From positions 1 through 24,637 of IMG/VR virus record IMGVR_UViG_3300031772_004534: a DNA stretch of 24,637 nt; one strand, given 5' to 3'. Below the pieces are notes generated by a model. That model searched no databases. It was not told the DNA's origin and worked only from the letters and a program-made list of their open reading frames with translations. Made by a program: the position numbers and the translations under genes. Of this stretch, positions 16,633 to 24,637 are shown piece after piece (the first letter of the stretch is position 1; each line of letters opens with the position of its first letter). The stretch is from a virus. Lineage: Duplodnaviria > Caudoviricetes.

Positions 16633-18168
16633 TCAATACGTCTGAGTGTCGAGCACCGCCACGACCTCCGTCGACCGCGTATCCGGCCGCTTCAAGATCC
16701 GCTCGATCCGGAAGAGGACGCCGGAGAGGTTCCCGCCCGCGTAGCACGCGCGGATCCTCGTCAGGTGGACCTTGTCCCGGCCCGGGAGAAGGTCGAGGCC
16801 GTAGCCCCAGACCTCGAACTTCGCCTCGAGGGGCGGCATCTCGTACATGCTGGAAAGTTTCCCTGCGAGCCAGGCCGCGCCCGCGGCCGTCTTATGGTAG
16901 GTCTCGACCTCGAGCGTCGAATCAACGCCGTAGAAGAACTCCGCGACCTGGGACTCCAGCTCGGCGAGCTTGAAGACGTCCTGGTCGCTTGGGGACTCGT
17001 CGTATTTGACCTTGATCCGGGCCCGGACGCTCGAGAACCTCCGGGCCATGGAGAACGTCTTGAAGTCCCCGTCCTGGAGGTGCGGCGTGTTCGGCGGCTC
17101 GACGGCCTCATAGACAACCGGGCCGTGGGTCTGATTCTGCAGCGGCGTGAATTTGAAGAGGAGCGACGTCTCGAGCTTCGCGAGGATCTTCCCGAAGGTG
17201 AGGGTCCGGTCGAGGTTGTAGGCGACTTCCCACGCCCGCTTCGTCTTGAAGTCCGCCAGGGCCGCGGGGTCGATGATCGTGGACGCCTTCCCGATTTCTG
17301 TCACGACCAGGTCCCAGAGCATGTCTGCCCCGTCGTAGATGACCGCGCCGGCCTTCAGGACGCCGCGGATATCGCCCCTGAGATCCGAGTCCTCGGTCTG
17401 GAGCGGGAAGGGCAGGGAATATTTCCAGTATCGTTCGTCCACTTTGACATCTATCTCTACGGACCGGGCGCCGACGCGGACCTCGGCCGGCAGGTATGCC
17501 GAGAGGATGGTCGCGCGGAGGAGCGAGGCCGGGGGCGTCCCCTTCCTCGTCGTCCAGAGCGAGATCGAAGTGGCATAGAACCCTTTTGCGCCCGTCGTGA
17601 ACGATTGGGCGATCCGCGTCCGCGCGGCGGCGTCCCGCAGGGGTAACCCCGCGCCCCGGCCAAGGTAGGTCGTGTCGACCTTGTTCGTGGACCCGCCGGA
17701 GAGCTTCGCCCGGCCCTTGAGACGGAATAGGATATCGACGGCTGGCTGGGCCGTCCAAACGCCGGCGCCGTCTATTATGAAGGCTTGGCCGCCGGCGTAT
17801 CCGGCCGTGTGGCATTTCTTGAAAGATAAGTGGCCACCGCCCACGGGGTAATCTGCCTCAAGGACGAAATAATAGAGGGTTGCGGGCTCAAGCCAGGGCG
17901 TCGACAAGAGTGTAAACTCCGCGTTCGCGAGGTCCGTCGTGTAATCGGAGCCCGCGACGAGGAGCTCGCCTCCGTTCCGGATCTCGTCAATCGCTCCGAT
18001 CTCCCGACCGGCGAACTTTTGCCGCTTCGTGATGACGTCGACGCAGACGGGGATGACATTTTCCAGGTGTCCGTAGGGGATCGGAATGGGTCCGCCGTTC
18101 ATCCGGTCCTCGAGGTTCGGGTACGTCGTCTTGTCGAAGCTCGTCCGCGGCAGCGTCGTGTAGAGCAA
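16633..18168 (-). CDS. tail tip / baseplate hub protein, C-terminal part
   Basis: TTG start with AGGAG RBS; GGPIPIPYG...PVCVD and LLPGRDKVHL hub-like motifs; position in tail module. Confidence 0.7.
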   Translation of the reverse strand: MLYTTLPRTSFDKTTYPNLEDRMNGGPIPIPYGHLENVIPVCVDVITKRQKFAGREIGAIDEIRNGGELLVAGSDYTTDLANAEFTLLSTPWLEPATLYYFVLEADYPVGGGHLSFKKCHTAGYAGGQAFIIDGAGVWTAQPAVDILFRLKGRAKLSGGSTNKVDTTYLGRGAGLPLRDAAARTRIAQSFTTGAKGFYATSISLWTTRKGTPPASLLRATILSAYLPAEVRVGARSVEIDVKVDERYWKYSLPFPLQTEDSDLRGDIRGVLKAGAVIYDGADMLWDLVVTEIGKASTIIDPAALADFKTKRAWEVAYNLDRTLTFGKILAKLETSLLFKFTPLQNQTHGPVVYEAVEPPNTPHLQDGDFKTFSMARRFSSVRARIKVKYDESPSDQDVFKLAELESQVAEFFYGVDSTLEVETYHKTAAGAAWLAGKLSSMYEMPPLEAKFEVWGYGLDLLPGRDKVHLTRIRACYAGGNLSGVLFRIERILKRPDTRSTEVVAVLDTQTY

Positions 18169-18171
18169 GGT

Positions 18172-18855
18172 TTACTCCTGGAGCTTCCTCGGGTCCTCGA
18201 CCTTGAAGACGACCCTGTCGTCGGCCCAGGCTATGTCCCCGATGAACGAGTCGATGAAGTCCTTGAAGAGCGCGTAGGTGTCTATGCCCGGGACGCCGAA
18301 CTTCACGACGATCCGCTTCCCCTCGTAAATGTAGTTGTGGATCCGCGCGTCCCAGTACGCCTCGTTGTTGAGGACCTCGATGGAGCCGTACGTCTGCGCG
18401 ATCCCGCCGTCGGAGAATGGCTTCGCCTCGAACGAGAGCTCGGGGAGCGATGCGCGGGAGAAGAGCGGCCGGTATTGCTTCCCATCGACGACGATCGTGC
18501 GGTCGGCGATCCGGTCCCAGAAGTGCGAGCGGACGAGGAAGAGGCCGCCGCCCGGATTGGCGCCCGTCGACCCGTGGACATAGAGCCGTTCGTTCCCGGG
18601 GCTCCAATACCAGGAGGAGACGGTGGCCTGGCACGTCGCGAGCGGCGCGACGTCGGGCGCATATTCCGTCGTGACCTTGGTCGAGAGCCGGCGCTCGAGG
18701 ACCCGCGACGGCTTCCCCTCCGGGTGCGCGATCCACCAGCAGCTCGTGTTAGGCGCCGGCGCCTGCGTCCAGGCCGCGGTGTCGAGGCGCCGGCAGGGCT
18801 CGATCCCGCAGATCCAGACGAGGTCCTGGTCCTTCTTCGACGGGTCGAAACTCAA
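18172..18855 (-). CDS. tail tip / baseplate hub protein, N-terminal part (227 aa)
   Basis: Start reassigned to TTG 18855 (GGAGG RBS, TTGA overlap); YGSIEVLNN...YEGKRIVVKFG...FKVED motifs. Confidence 0.7.
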   Translation of the reverse strand: MSFDPSKKDQDLVWICGIEPCRRLDTAAWTQAPAPNTSCWWIAHPEGKPSRVLERRLSTKVTTEYAPDVAPLATCQATVSSWYWSPGNERLYVHGSTGANPGGGLFLVRSHFWDRIADRTIVVDGKQYRPLFSRASLPELSFEAKPFSDGGIAQTYGSIEVLNNEAYWDARIHNYIYEGKRIVVKFGVPGIDTYALFKDFIDSFIGDIAWADDRVVFKVEDPRKLQE

Positions 18856-19646
18856 GGCTCGTCCTCCAGCCGGAGGGTCGTCGACCAGGGCGTCAGGCAG
18901 GTCCTCAGCGGCCGCTTGATGGTCTCCATGAACGATATGTAGACAATACTCCCCGTAATGTCCGTCGAGTCGAGCGCGACCCAGAGCGGCCGCGTGTACG
19001 CGCCGCACCAGCGGGCCATCTCGTCGTAGCCGTCTATGTCCGCGAGCCCGGCGATCGTCACGGGCAGCGAGTAGGTGTCCCGGGCCGGCTGCCGAGAAGA
19101 CGTCTTCTGGCCCGCCGGCGATTGGCCGATCGAGGACGGGTCGACAAGGTCGCGCCCTCCGCCCGGCTTGTAGTGGTATTTCGCCCGGAAGACCTCGCCG
19201 AAGAAGACGCGGGACGCGGAGACATAGCCGTCCGGGTTCGCGGCGTCGACGATGACGACGCGCCAGAACCGGTAGGTCTCCTCGGCCGGGAGCTTGACGG
19301 CGATTCTCTTCTTCGCAATCATCTCTGCGGTCACGGCGACGGACGTTGAGTAGGCGGTCGCGCCGATCCCGGTCGGGTCCGTGGGGTGCCCGCCGATCTC
19401 GACGGCCGCGCCGGCCGTGAGGTTCATGTTCTCAAGGACGAACCCCAGGACCGGCTTCGTCGCCCACTCCGCGCCGAGGTCCGCGACGATCTCGATCGCG
19501 CCGGCGACTCCGGCGCTCCGCCAGTCCCACGTCGCCCACCGCTCCTGGAGGTTTTCGACCGGGAAGTCCGGGTCCTCGGAGTTCGCCGTGACCGTCGCCG
19601 CGTCGAAGTGGTTCTTCCAGAAAAAATCGAGCTTCGGCGTGCTCAC
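18852..19646 (-). CDS. distal-tail-like protein with discoidin/CBM-like domain
   Basis: Directly after the tape measure (GTGA overlap); SEDPDFPVENL...WRS...ADLG...YRFWRVVI motifs. Confidence 0.65.
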   Translation of the reverse strand: MSTPKLDFFWKNHFDAATVTANSEDPDFPVENLQERWATWDWRSAGVAGAIEIVADLGAEWATKPVLGFVLENMNLTAGAAVEIGGHPTDPTGIGATAYSTSVAVTAEMIAKKRIAVKLPAEETYRFWRVVIVDAANPDGYVSASRVFFGEVFRAKYHYKPGGGRDLVDPSSIGQSPAGQKTSSRQPARDTYSLPVTIAGLADIDGYDEMARWCGAYTRPLWVALDSTDITGSIVYISFMETIKRPLRTCLTPWSTTLRLEDEP

Positions 19647-22600
19647 ATTCCGCCTCCTTCGGGCGCCTTGAGGTCCTCGCTGTTGAGCATCTCCTGGAGT
19701 ATTGGCCTGGCGTCGTGCCGGAGGAACTCCTCAACCCCCCTGCGGTCAATCGCGTTGATGTTGAAGGTCAGGTTTGCCGACTGTTTGGGCTCGCGATACT
19801 TGCTAAGCGGCGTTATGACCTCCGGCTCGGGCCATCCAACTTCGGCAAGCTGTCGGGTCCAGGCGATCCCGCCCTCCTGGTAGCTCGAGACGCCAAACCC
19901 GGATGTCCCTTTTCCCGTCGTCGTGACGAAGGGCGTCATGTCGTGCCCTATCTCGCTCACGGTGATCCCGAGCTTCTTCGCGAGAGCGATCGCGTCCTCG
20001 AGATCCTCGTTGAACGGAACGAGGATCCCGGCCATCGGCTTCCAGGCCGTGACCGTGTCTTTGCTTGTTTTGTAGAACGTCCCGGCCGTCGTGCTGATGT
20101 CCTGCATGAGGTCCGAGACATCGGCCCCGAGGACCTCGGCGATCTTGATTAGGATGTCGCAGACGCGGTTGAAGCCCTCGACGAGGACGGCTGCCTCGGT
20201 CTTCTGGGCCTCCTTGATCCAGCCGTGAGCCATCGCCTGTCTTACGAGGCTCTGGGTCTGCTCGTCGAGTTCGAAGCCATAAGCCGCGGCATAGTTGACG
20301 ATCTCCTGGAGCGACGGGACCAGGGCCCGGAGCGAGTCCTCAACGCTAAGGCCGCCGTGTCGAAGGGCGTGGAATTGTGAGACGATGTCGCCCGTTAGCG
20401 TCTTCCAGGCGTCGGCCGTGAGCCAGGCCGTGTTCCCGAGCGCGGTCAGGATCTGCTTCGTCGCGTCGATCGCTTCGAAAAGGTCCCTGTATTTTTCCGT
20501 GATCCCCACGATCCTGAACAGGTGCCCGAGCCCGGTGCCCACGAAGGACAGGCCGAGCTCCTTGTATTTATCGCGGAGGATGGCCAGGGGCCCGGCCATC
20601 GCGTCGACGGTATCAATCCAGGACTTCCCGGAGGCGAGCATCGCATTAAACGTCGTGATGGCGATCCGCCCGAGCTCGCCGAGCCGCTCCTCGACCTCCT
20701 CGAGGTGCAGCTTCCTCCAGTCGAGCGCGGCCAGAAGGTCATTCCCTGTCTTCAGTTTCCCCGCGGCGTCGACGAGCGAACCCTTGAGGATATCGACGCC
20801 GCGGACGAGCGTCGAGAGGGCGTCCGGGATCGTGTCCAAATACGACAGCACGTACTCGTTGAGGGCCTTCGATTCCTTGCCCGCCTCCCGGAACGCTCGG
20901 ATGAGTTCGATGAGCTCCTTCGACCCCTCCTTTCCGAGCCGCTTCGCCTCGTCCAGGAGCCTCGACCAGGAGTCCTCGAGATCCTGGCTCGAGGTGAAGA
21001 CGCCGCGGATCGCGTCCTCTATCTCCTTGAATGCCACGGCCCAGTCGCTGAGCTGGTCGCCGATCCTCCTCGTCGCCTCCCCCGCTGCGGTCGATCCTCC
21101 GGCCCTGAGCATCGCCGTCGTTATCGTGTCGAGGAGGGTCTCGCCCTTCTTTATGGCCTCGTCCATCCTGCGGTCGATCTCGTCGAAGAGGGCCTGCTCC
21201 TCCTCGCTGATCCCGTCGAAGAAGTCGATCATGGCGGCCCCGAAGTAGGCGATCAGCCCCGCGGCCGCTGCGGTCGCGGCGAGTCCGAGATCCTTCAGCA
21301 TCCCGTCGAAAAATGGCTTGAAAATCTTCTCGCTAAGCGCCTTACCTATGTATGTCACCAGGGCGTTGATTGTTCCCTGGAAGAGGTTCTTCAGGAGGTT
21401 CACAAAATTGAGGCCGTCCTTGAGAATATTCGCGAACGCGTCGCCGAAGGCCTTGGCCATCTGGTCGGTCGTCTCTTTCCAGGCATCCTTGGTCTCTTTG
21501 GCCGCCTTTTTCGCGGCACCTTTTGCCTCGTCGGCCGTCTTCTGCCAACCCTTGACGATCGCGTCGAGGTCCGACTCCATGTTCTCGGTCGTATACTTGA
21601 CCGACTTCTGGATCTCGGAGTTCACCTTGAGCGCCATTTCGATGAGCTTGTCGAGTGCTTGATTGACGTGCTTCGCTACTTCGTCCGCGGCCGGGATGAG
21701 GTTAAGTTTGAGCGATCCGGCGAGCTTATCGATCTCCGCACGGATCCGGTCGATCTCCACGGCCGTCATTTTCCCGCGGTAGAGGAGCAGGGCGTCCGTC
21801 ATCCTCTTTACCTGGGCTTCGGTCTCTGAACGGAAGGTGATGTCGAACTGCTCCTTGAGCGATCTCGTCTCAAAGACGAGTCCAGTCATCTGTTCCTTTA
21901 GATCGGCGATCTTCTCTTTCATGGCCTGGACGACGCCAGGCGCCTGCTCCGTCGAATTCAGGAGCGCGGCGAGGGTGCGCTCTGCGAGTTTGAGTTCGTT
22001 CGTCAGCTCCGTCCGGGTCTTCAGGCCGAACTCCTTGAGGCTCCCGGAGAGGTCGAAGAGCGCCGCCGCCACAGGCTTGAACTGCGCGGCCAGGTTCCGG
22101 CCGGCGGGCAGGGCCGTCTCGACGAGCGTCTCGATCCCCTTCTTAGCCGCCTCCATGCCCTTGAGGAAATCGCCGAGGCCCTCACGGCTCATGCTTTTGA
22201 AAGGATTATGGTCCTTGACGAAGGCCTCGAGTTTGCCCCAGAAGCCGACCCCTTCCTCCGAGAGCTTCTTCATGTCCTCCCGGACCTTCGCGATGTAGGC
22301 GATGATGACGCCGGCGCCGACGAGCGTGAACGTGAAGGAGAAGGCCTGCGAGGCGATGATGCGCAGCAATCCCGCGCTCTGGATGATCGATCCGAGGGAT
22401 CGGAGGAGGGTCCCGAGGATGATGATGCCGGCGGCGGCGGCGCTGAAGAGGATGCCGAGCCCGCCGGCCGCGAACGTCGCGGCGGCCGCGACCTTCGGGT
22501 GCTCGCGGGCCAGGACGGCGAGATCGTTCGCGAGCTCGCGGACCTTCTCCGATACCTTCATGAGGGCCGGGACGACCGTCGCGCCAAACGACGCGGCGAG

Positions 22601-23713
22601 GCCGGAGAAGGCGTTCTGCGTGAGTTTGAGCTGGGCGTTGAGCGTCTGGAGCTGCAAGCGCGCGATCTCCTCCGTCGTTCCGGCCGCCTTCCGGAGCTCC
22701 GCCTCGTACCGCCGGATCGCGTCGGACATGCCCACAAGGTTGAGGATGGACGAGACCGAGCGGTCCGAGAATTCCATCTCCATGAGGATCGACCGTTTCA
22801 TCTCGTCGGACTTCCCGGCCAAGGCCTTCTCGAGGTCGCCGATGACGTCGGCCATGTTCCGCAGTTCGCCGGTGGAGTCGAAGACCGTGACGTTGTATTT
22901 CTCGAAGACGGCCTTGTTCTGGATGGCCCTGGTCTGGAGATCGCGGAGCACGATGTCGAGCCGCGTGCCGGCCTCGGCGCCCTTGACGCCCTGGTCCGCG
23001 AAGGCCGCAAGAACCGCGACGCCCTCCTCGATATCCTTGCCGACGAGCCGGAGCGCCGCGCCCGCCCGCGTCGTCAGGGACTCGGAGAACTGCTCGATCG
23101 AGGCGTTCGCCATGATGTTGGCCCTGGACAGGACGTCGGTGATCCGGACCATGTTCTGCATGTTCGCCACGGCGTCATCCCGTATCCTCATGCCGAGCGC
23201 GCTCTGGGCGTCGGCCACCAGGCTCGTCGCCTGCGCCAGGTCAAACATTCCGGCCTGGGCGAACTTCGCCACGACCGGGAGCATCTTGACGGCCTCTGCC
23301 GCCGTGTAGCCGGCGGAGGCGAGGTAATAATAGGCCTTCGCGGCCTCGGCGGCCGTAAAGGTCGTCTCGCGGGCGACCTCGCGGGCGGCCTCGACGAGGT
23401 CCTTCCTCAAAGCGTCGGAGACGTCCCCCATGATGGCCAGGGACTCGGTCATCGCGGCATCGAACGTCGCGAAGGCCTTGACGCCGGTGGTCACGGTGCC
23501 GATCAGCGCGCCTCCGAAGATGCCGAGCCCGATGCCGGCCTGGACCATCTGCTGGCCGACGTCCTTGAACTGCTGCCCGATCGCCTGCGCCGACCCCTTG
23601 AGTTTCGCGGCGTCCGGGCCGACGACCTGGCCGATCGCCTGGTTCCAGCCCGTCTTGTCGAGGAGCAGGTTCGCGATGATCGAGCCCGCGATGAATCCGC
23701 CTCCGCCCGTCAT
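19643..23713 (-). CDS. phage tail tape measure protein (TP901-type core)
   Basis: 1356 aa, Ala-rich helical; FTAAEAAKAYYYLASAG and GVKGAEAGTRL motifs; hydrophobic segments; C-terminal YQEGG...AEVG.PEVITPL; follows the chaperone pair. Confidence 0.95.
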   Translation of the reverse strand: MTGGGGFIAGSIIANLLLDKTGWNQAIGQVVGPDAAKLKGSAQAIGQQFKDVGQQMVQAGIGLGIFGGALIGTVTTGVKAFATFDAAMTESLAIMGDVSDALRKDLVEAAREVARETTFTAAEAAKAYYYLASAGYTAAEAVKMLPVVAKFAQAGMFDLAQATSLVADAQSALGMRIRDDAVANMQNMVRITDVLSRANIMANASIEQFSESLTTRAGAALRLVGKDIEEGVAVLAAFADQGVKGAEAGTRLDIVLRDLQTRAIQNKAVFEKYNVTVFDSTGELRNMADVIGDLEKALAGKSDEMKRSILMEMEFSDRSVSSILNLVGMSDAIRRYEAELRKAAGTTEEIARLQLQTLNAQLKLTQNAFSGLAASFGATVVPALMKVSEKVRELANDLAVLAREHPKVAAAATFAAGGLGILFSAAAAGIIILGTLLRSLGSIIQSAGLLRIIASQAFSFTFTLVGAGVIIAYIAKVREDMKKLSEEGVGFWGKLEAFVKDHNPFKSMSREGLGDFLKGMEAAKKGIETLVETALPAGRNLAAQFKPVAAALFDLSGSLKEFGLKTRTELTNELKLAERTLAALLNSTEQAPGVVQAMKEKIADLKEQMTGLVFETRSLKEQFDITFRSETEAQVKRMTDALLLYRGKMTAVEIDRIRAEIDKLAGSLKLNLIPAADEVAKHVNQALDKLIEMALKVNSEIQKSVKYTTENMESDLDAIVKGWQKTADEAKGAAKKAAKETKDAWKETTDQMAKAFGDAFANILKDGLNFVNLLKNLFQGTINALVTYIGKALSEKIFKPFFDGMLKDLGLAATAAAAGLIAYFGAAMIDFFDGISEEEQALFDEIDRRMDEAIKKGETLLDTITTAMLRAGGSTAAGEATRRIGDQLSDWAVAFKEIEDAIRGVFTSSQDLEDSWSRLLDEAKRLGKEGSKELIELIRAFREAGKESKALNEYVLSYLDTIPDALSTLVRGVDILKGSLVDAAGKLKTGNDLLAALDWRKLHLEEVEERLGELGRIAITTFNAMLASGKSWIDTVDAMAGPLAILRDKYKELGLSFVGTGLGHLFRIVGITEKYRDLFEAIDATKQILTALGNTAWLTADAWKTLTGDIVSQFHALRHGGLSVEDSLRALVPSLQEIVNYAAAYGFELDEQTQSLVRQAMAHGWIKEAQKTEAAVLVEGFNRVCDILIKIAEVLGADVSDLMQDISTTAGTFYKTSKDTVTAWKPMAGILVPFNEDLEDAIALAKKLGITVSEIGHDMTPFVTTTGKGTSGFGVSSYQEGGIAWTRQLAEVGWPEPEVITPLSKYREPKQSANLTFNINAIDRRGVEEFLRHDARPILQEMLNSEDLKAPEGGGM

Positions 23714-24074
23714 TTCTTCATCCCTCCAGCTTTATTGATCTCCGCCGCGTTCTTTCTCCGAGCCGCCATCTCCGCGCGCACCTCAACGAGCCGCCGCTTG
23801 GCCATGGCCTCGATGTCCTCGATTTCCTGTTCGTTGTCCAACTCATATATCTTGTACTTCAATTCATCCATCGTGCGGTTGATGGACTCCTGCCTTAAAT
23901 GCGGAAGTAGCGCCGCCTCGCATAATTCCATCCTGCGAGTGAGGACGCTCCGCGCCGCCTCCGCGGTCCAATCCTCGAAGTCGCGGAGACCCATGTCGCG
24001 GAGCTCCACGAAAGCAAAAAGCCCGGGGAGCTCCCGCGAGATGAAGGCTATTTCGCGGGCGCGGGCGCGTGCCC
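23710..24074 (-). CDS. tail assembly chaperone, frameshift extension (gpGT-like T portion)
   Basis: The -1 frame is open from the slippery site (RARARAREIAFISRELPGLFAFVELRDMG...) to the stop overlapping the TMP start. Confidence 0.8.
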
Positions 24075-24368
24075 TTTTTTTTGCTCTTTCCCCTCCTTGG
24101 TCTTACCAACGCCCATCGCGACCTGGACGACCTCCCGGAGCTTCGAGATCGGGAGTTTCCCGATCTCGTTCATCGGGCCCTCGATGACCTCCGCAAGCAT
24201 TTTTCGGAATGCCCCCGTGTTACCCTTCATGAGCTCCTTCTCTAGGTTCTGCGTCATCTCGAGGCCGTCGAGAGTGATCTCCTTCACCCGGAACGCCTTC
24301 CCGTTGATCTTGATGAGGAAGGGCTTGTAGAGCGTTTTCTTCGTTTCAATGCTGAGGATTGTCTCCAT
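24048..24368 (-). CDS. tail assembly chaperone (gpG-like)
   Basis: Between tail tube and tape measure; AGGGGGAG RBS; slippery A8 run near the 3' end. Confidence 0.82.
   Translation of the reverse strand: METILSIETKKTLYKPFLIKINGKAFRVKEITLDGLEMTQNLEKELMKGNTGAFRKMLAEVIEGPMNEIGKLPISKLREVVQVAMGVGKTKEGKEQKKGHAPAPAK
24074..24083 (-). promoter_or_regulatory. programmed -1 ribosomal frameshift site
   Basis: CAA AAA AAA G (X XXY YYZ type) with a downstream CCCGCGA/TCGCGGG stem. Confidence 0.8.
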
Positions 24369-24377
24369 GGCTCCCCC

Positions 24378-24637
24378 TTAGATTCCGAGCTCGGTCGACC
24401 CGGCGGGCATCCCGGCGCGTCCGAAATCGCCCACCTCGCCGCTTTCCTGGGAGACGAAGACGAGGAACGAGATCGGGAAGACCCTCTGCGTCGACCGGTC
24501 CCAGGTCAGCTCCCAGCCGGGGATCGGGACGGCCTTGTAGATCTCGACCCATTCGCTCGGGTCCACGCTCACCGCATTGTTGCAGATCGGCTTGATCACG
24601 ATCCGCTTCGCGTCGGCGTAGAGGTTGCATCCGGCCT
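24378..24637 (-). CDS. major tail (tube) protein, C-terminal fragment
   Basis: Frame open to the window edge; IYKAVP...ELTWDRSTQRVFPISF beta pattern; position before the chaperone. Confidence 0.7.
   Translation of the reverse strand, partial: AGCNLYADAKRIVIKPICNNAVSVDPSEWVEIYKAVPIPGWELTWDRSTQRVFPISFLVFVSQESGEVGDFGRAGMPAGSTELGI

Larger units (their letters stand above)
1..24637. mobile_element. temperate phage genome segment spanning attP
   Basis: Tail, integration, immunity, recombination, replication and lysis modules; no host housekeeping genes. Confidence 0.93.

Noticed and set aside
16470-18942. Long + strand and alternate-frame ORFs over the tail tip genes
   Set aside because: Arg/Pro/Gly-rich shadow translations fully overlapping better-supported genes.
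20295-24187. Long + strand ORFs (659, 435, 335 and 317 aa) opposite the tape measure
   Set aside because: Antisense shadows of a high-GC3 gene; no motifs or protein-like composition.
1-24637. Genome-wide stop-codon reassignment to explain the in-frame TAA at 18172-18174
   Set aside because: TAA, TAG and TGA all end well-supported genes, and coding density is high under the standard code.

Overview
The whole window is a temperate tailed phage (siphovirus-like, non-contractile tail module) with no recognisable host genes. The minus-strand right arm holds a partial tail tube, a tail assembly chaperone pair joined by a -1 frameshift, a tape measure, distal tail/hub proteins, a 965-aa fibre-like protein with an apparent signal peptide and NHL propeller, and a GH-A-like glycoside hydrolase. 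It converges on an att site (3' half of tRNA-Arg(CCT) with arm-type repeats on both sides) just downstream of a tyrosine integrase. Phage genes on both sides suggest an intact attP, i.e. an excised or circular genome. Left of the integrase lie a repressor/Cro switch with divergent promoters and a long leftward operon: Xis-like, CII-like, SSAP plus Cas4-like nuclease, replication initiator with internal iterons, RlpA-type transglycosylase, radical SAM enzyme, holin-like protein and NlpC/P60 hydrolase. The most unusual items are the apparently exported tail-fibre-like protein, a consensus antisense promoter with a two-hairpin RNA opposite a gene ending in a clamp-binding-like motif, an in-frame single-stop split of the hub gene, a three-way-junction RNA before the initiator, and a second copy of 14 bp of the att core. 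All family calls come from motif recognition by eye; no searches were run and the host is not identified.
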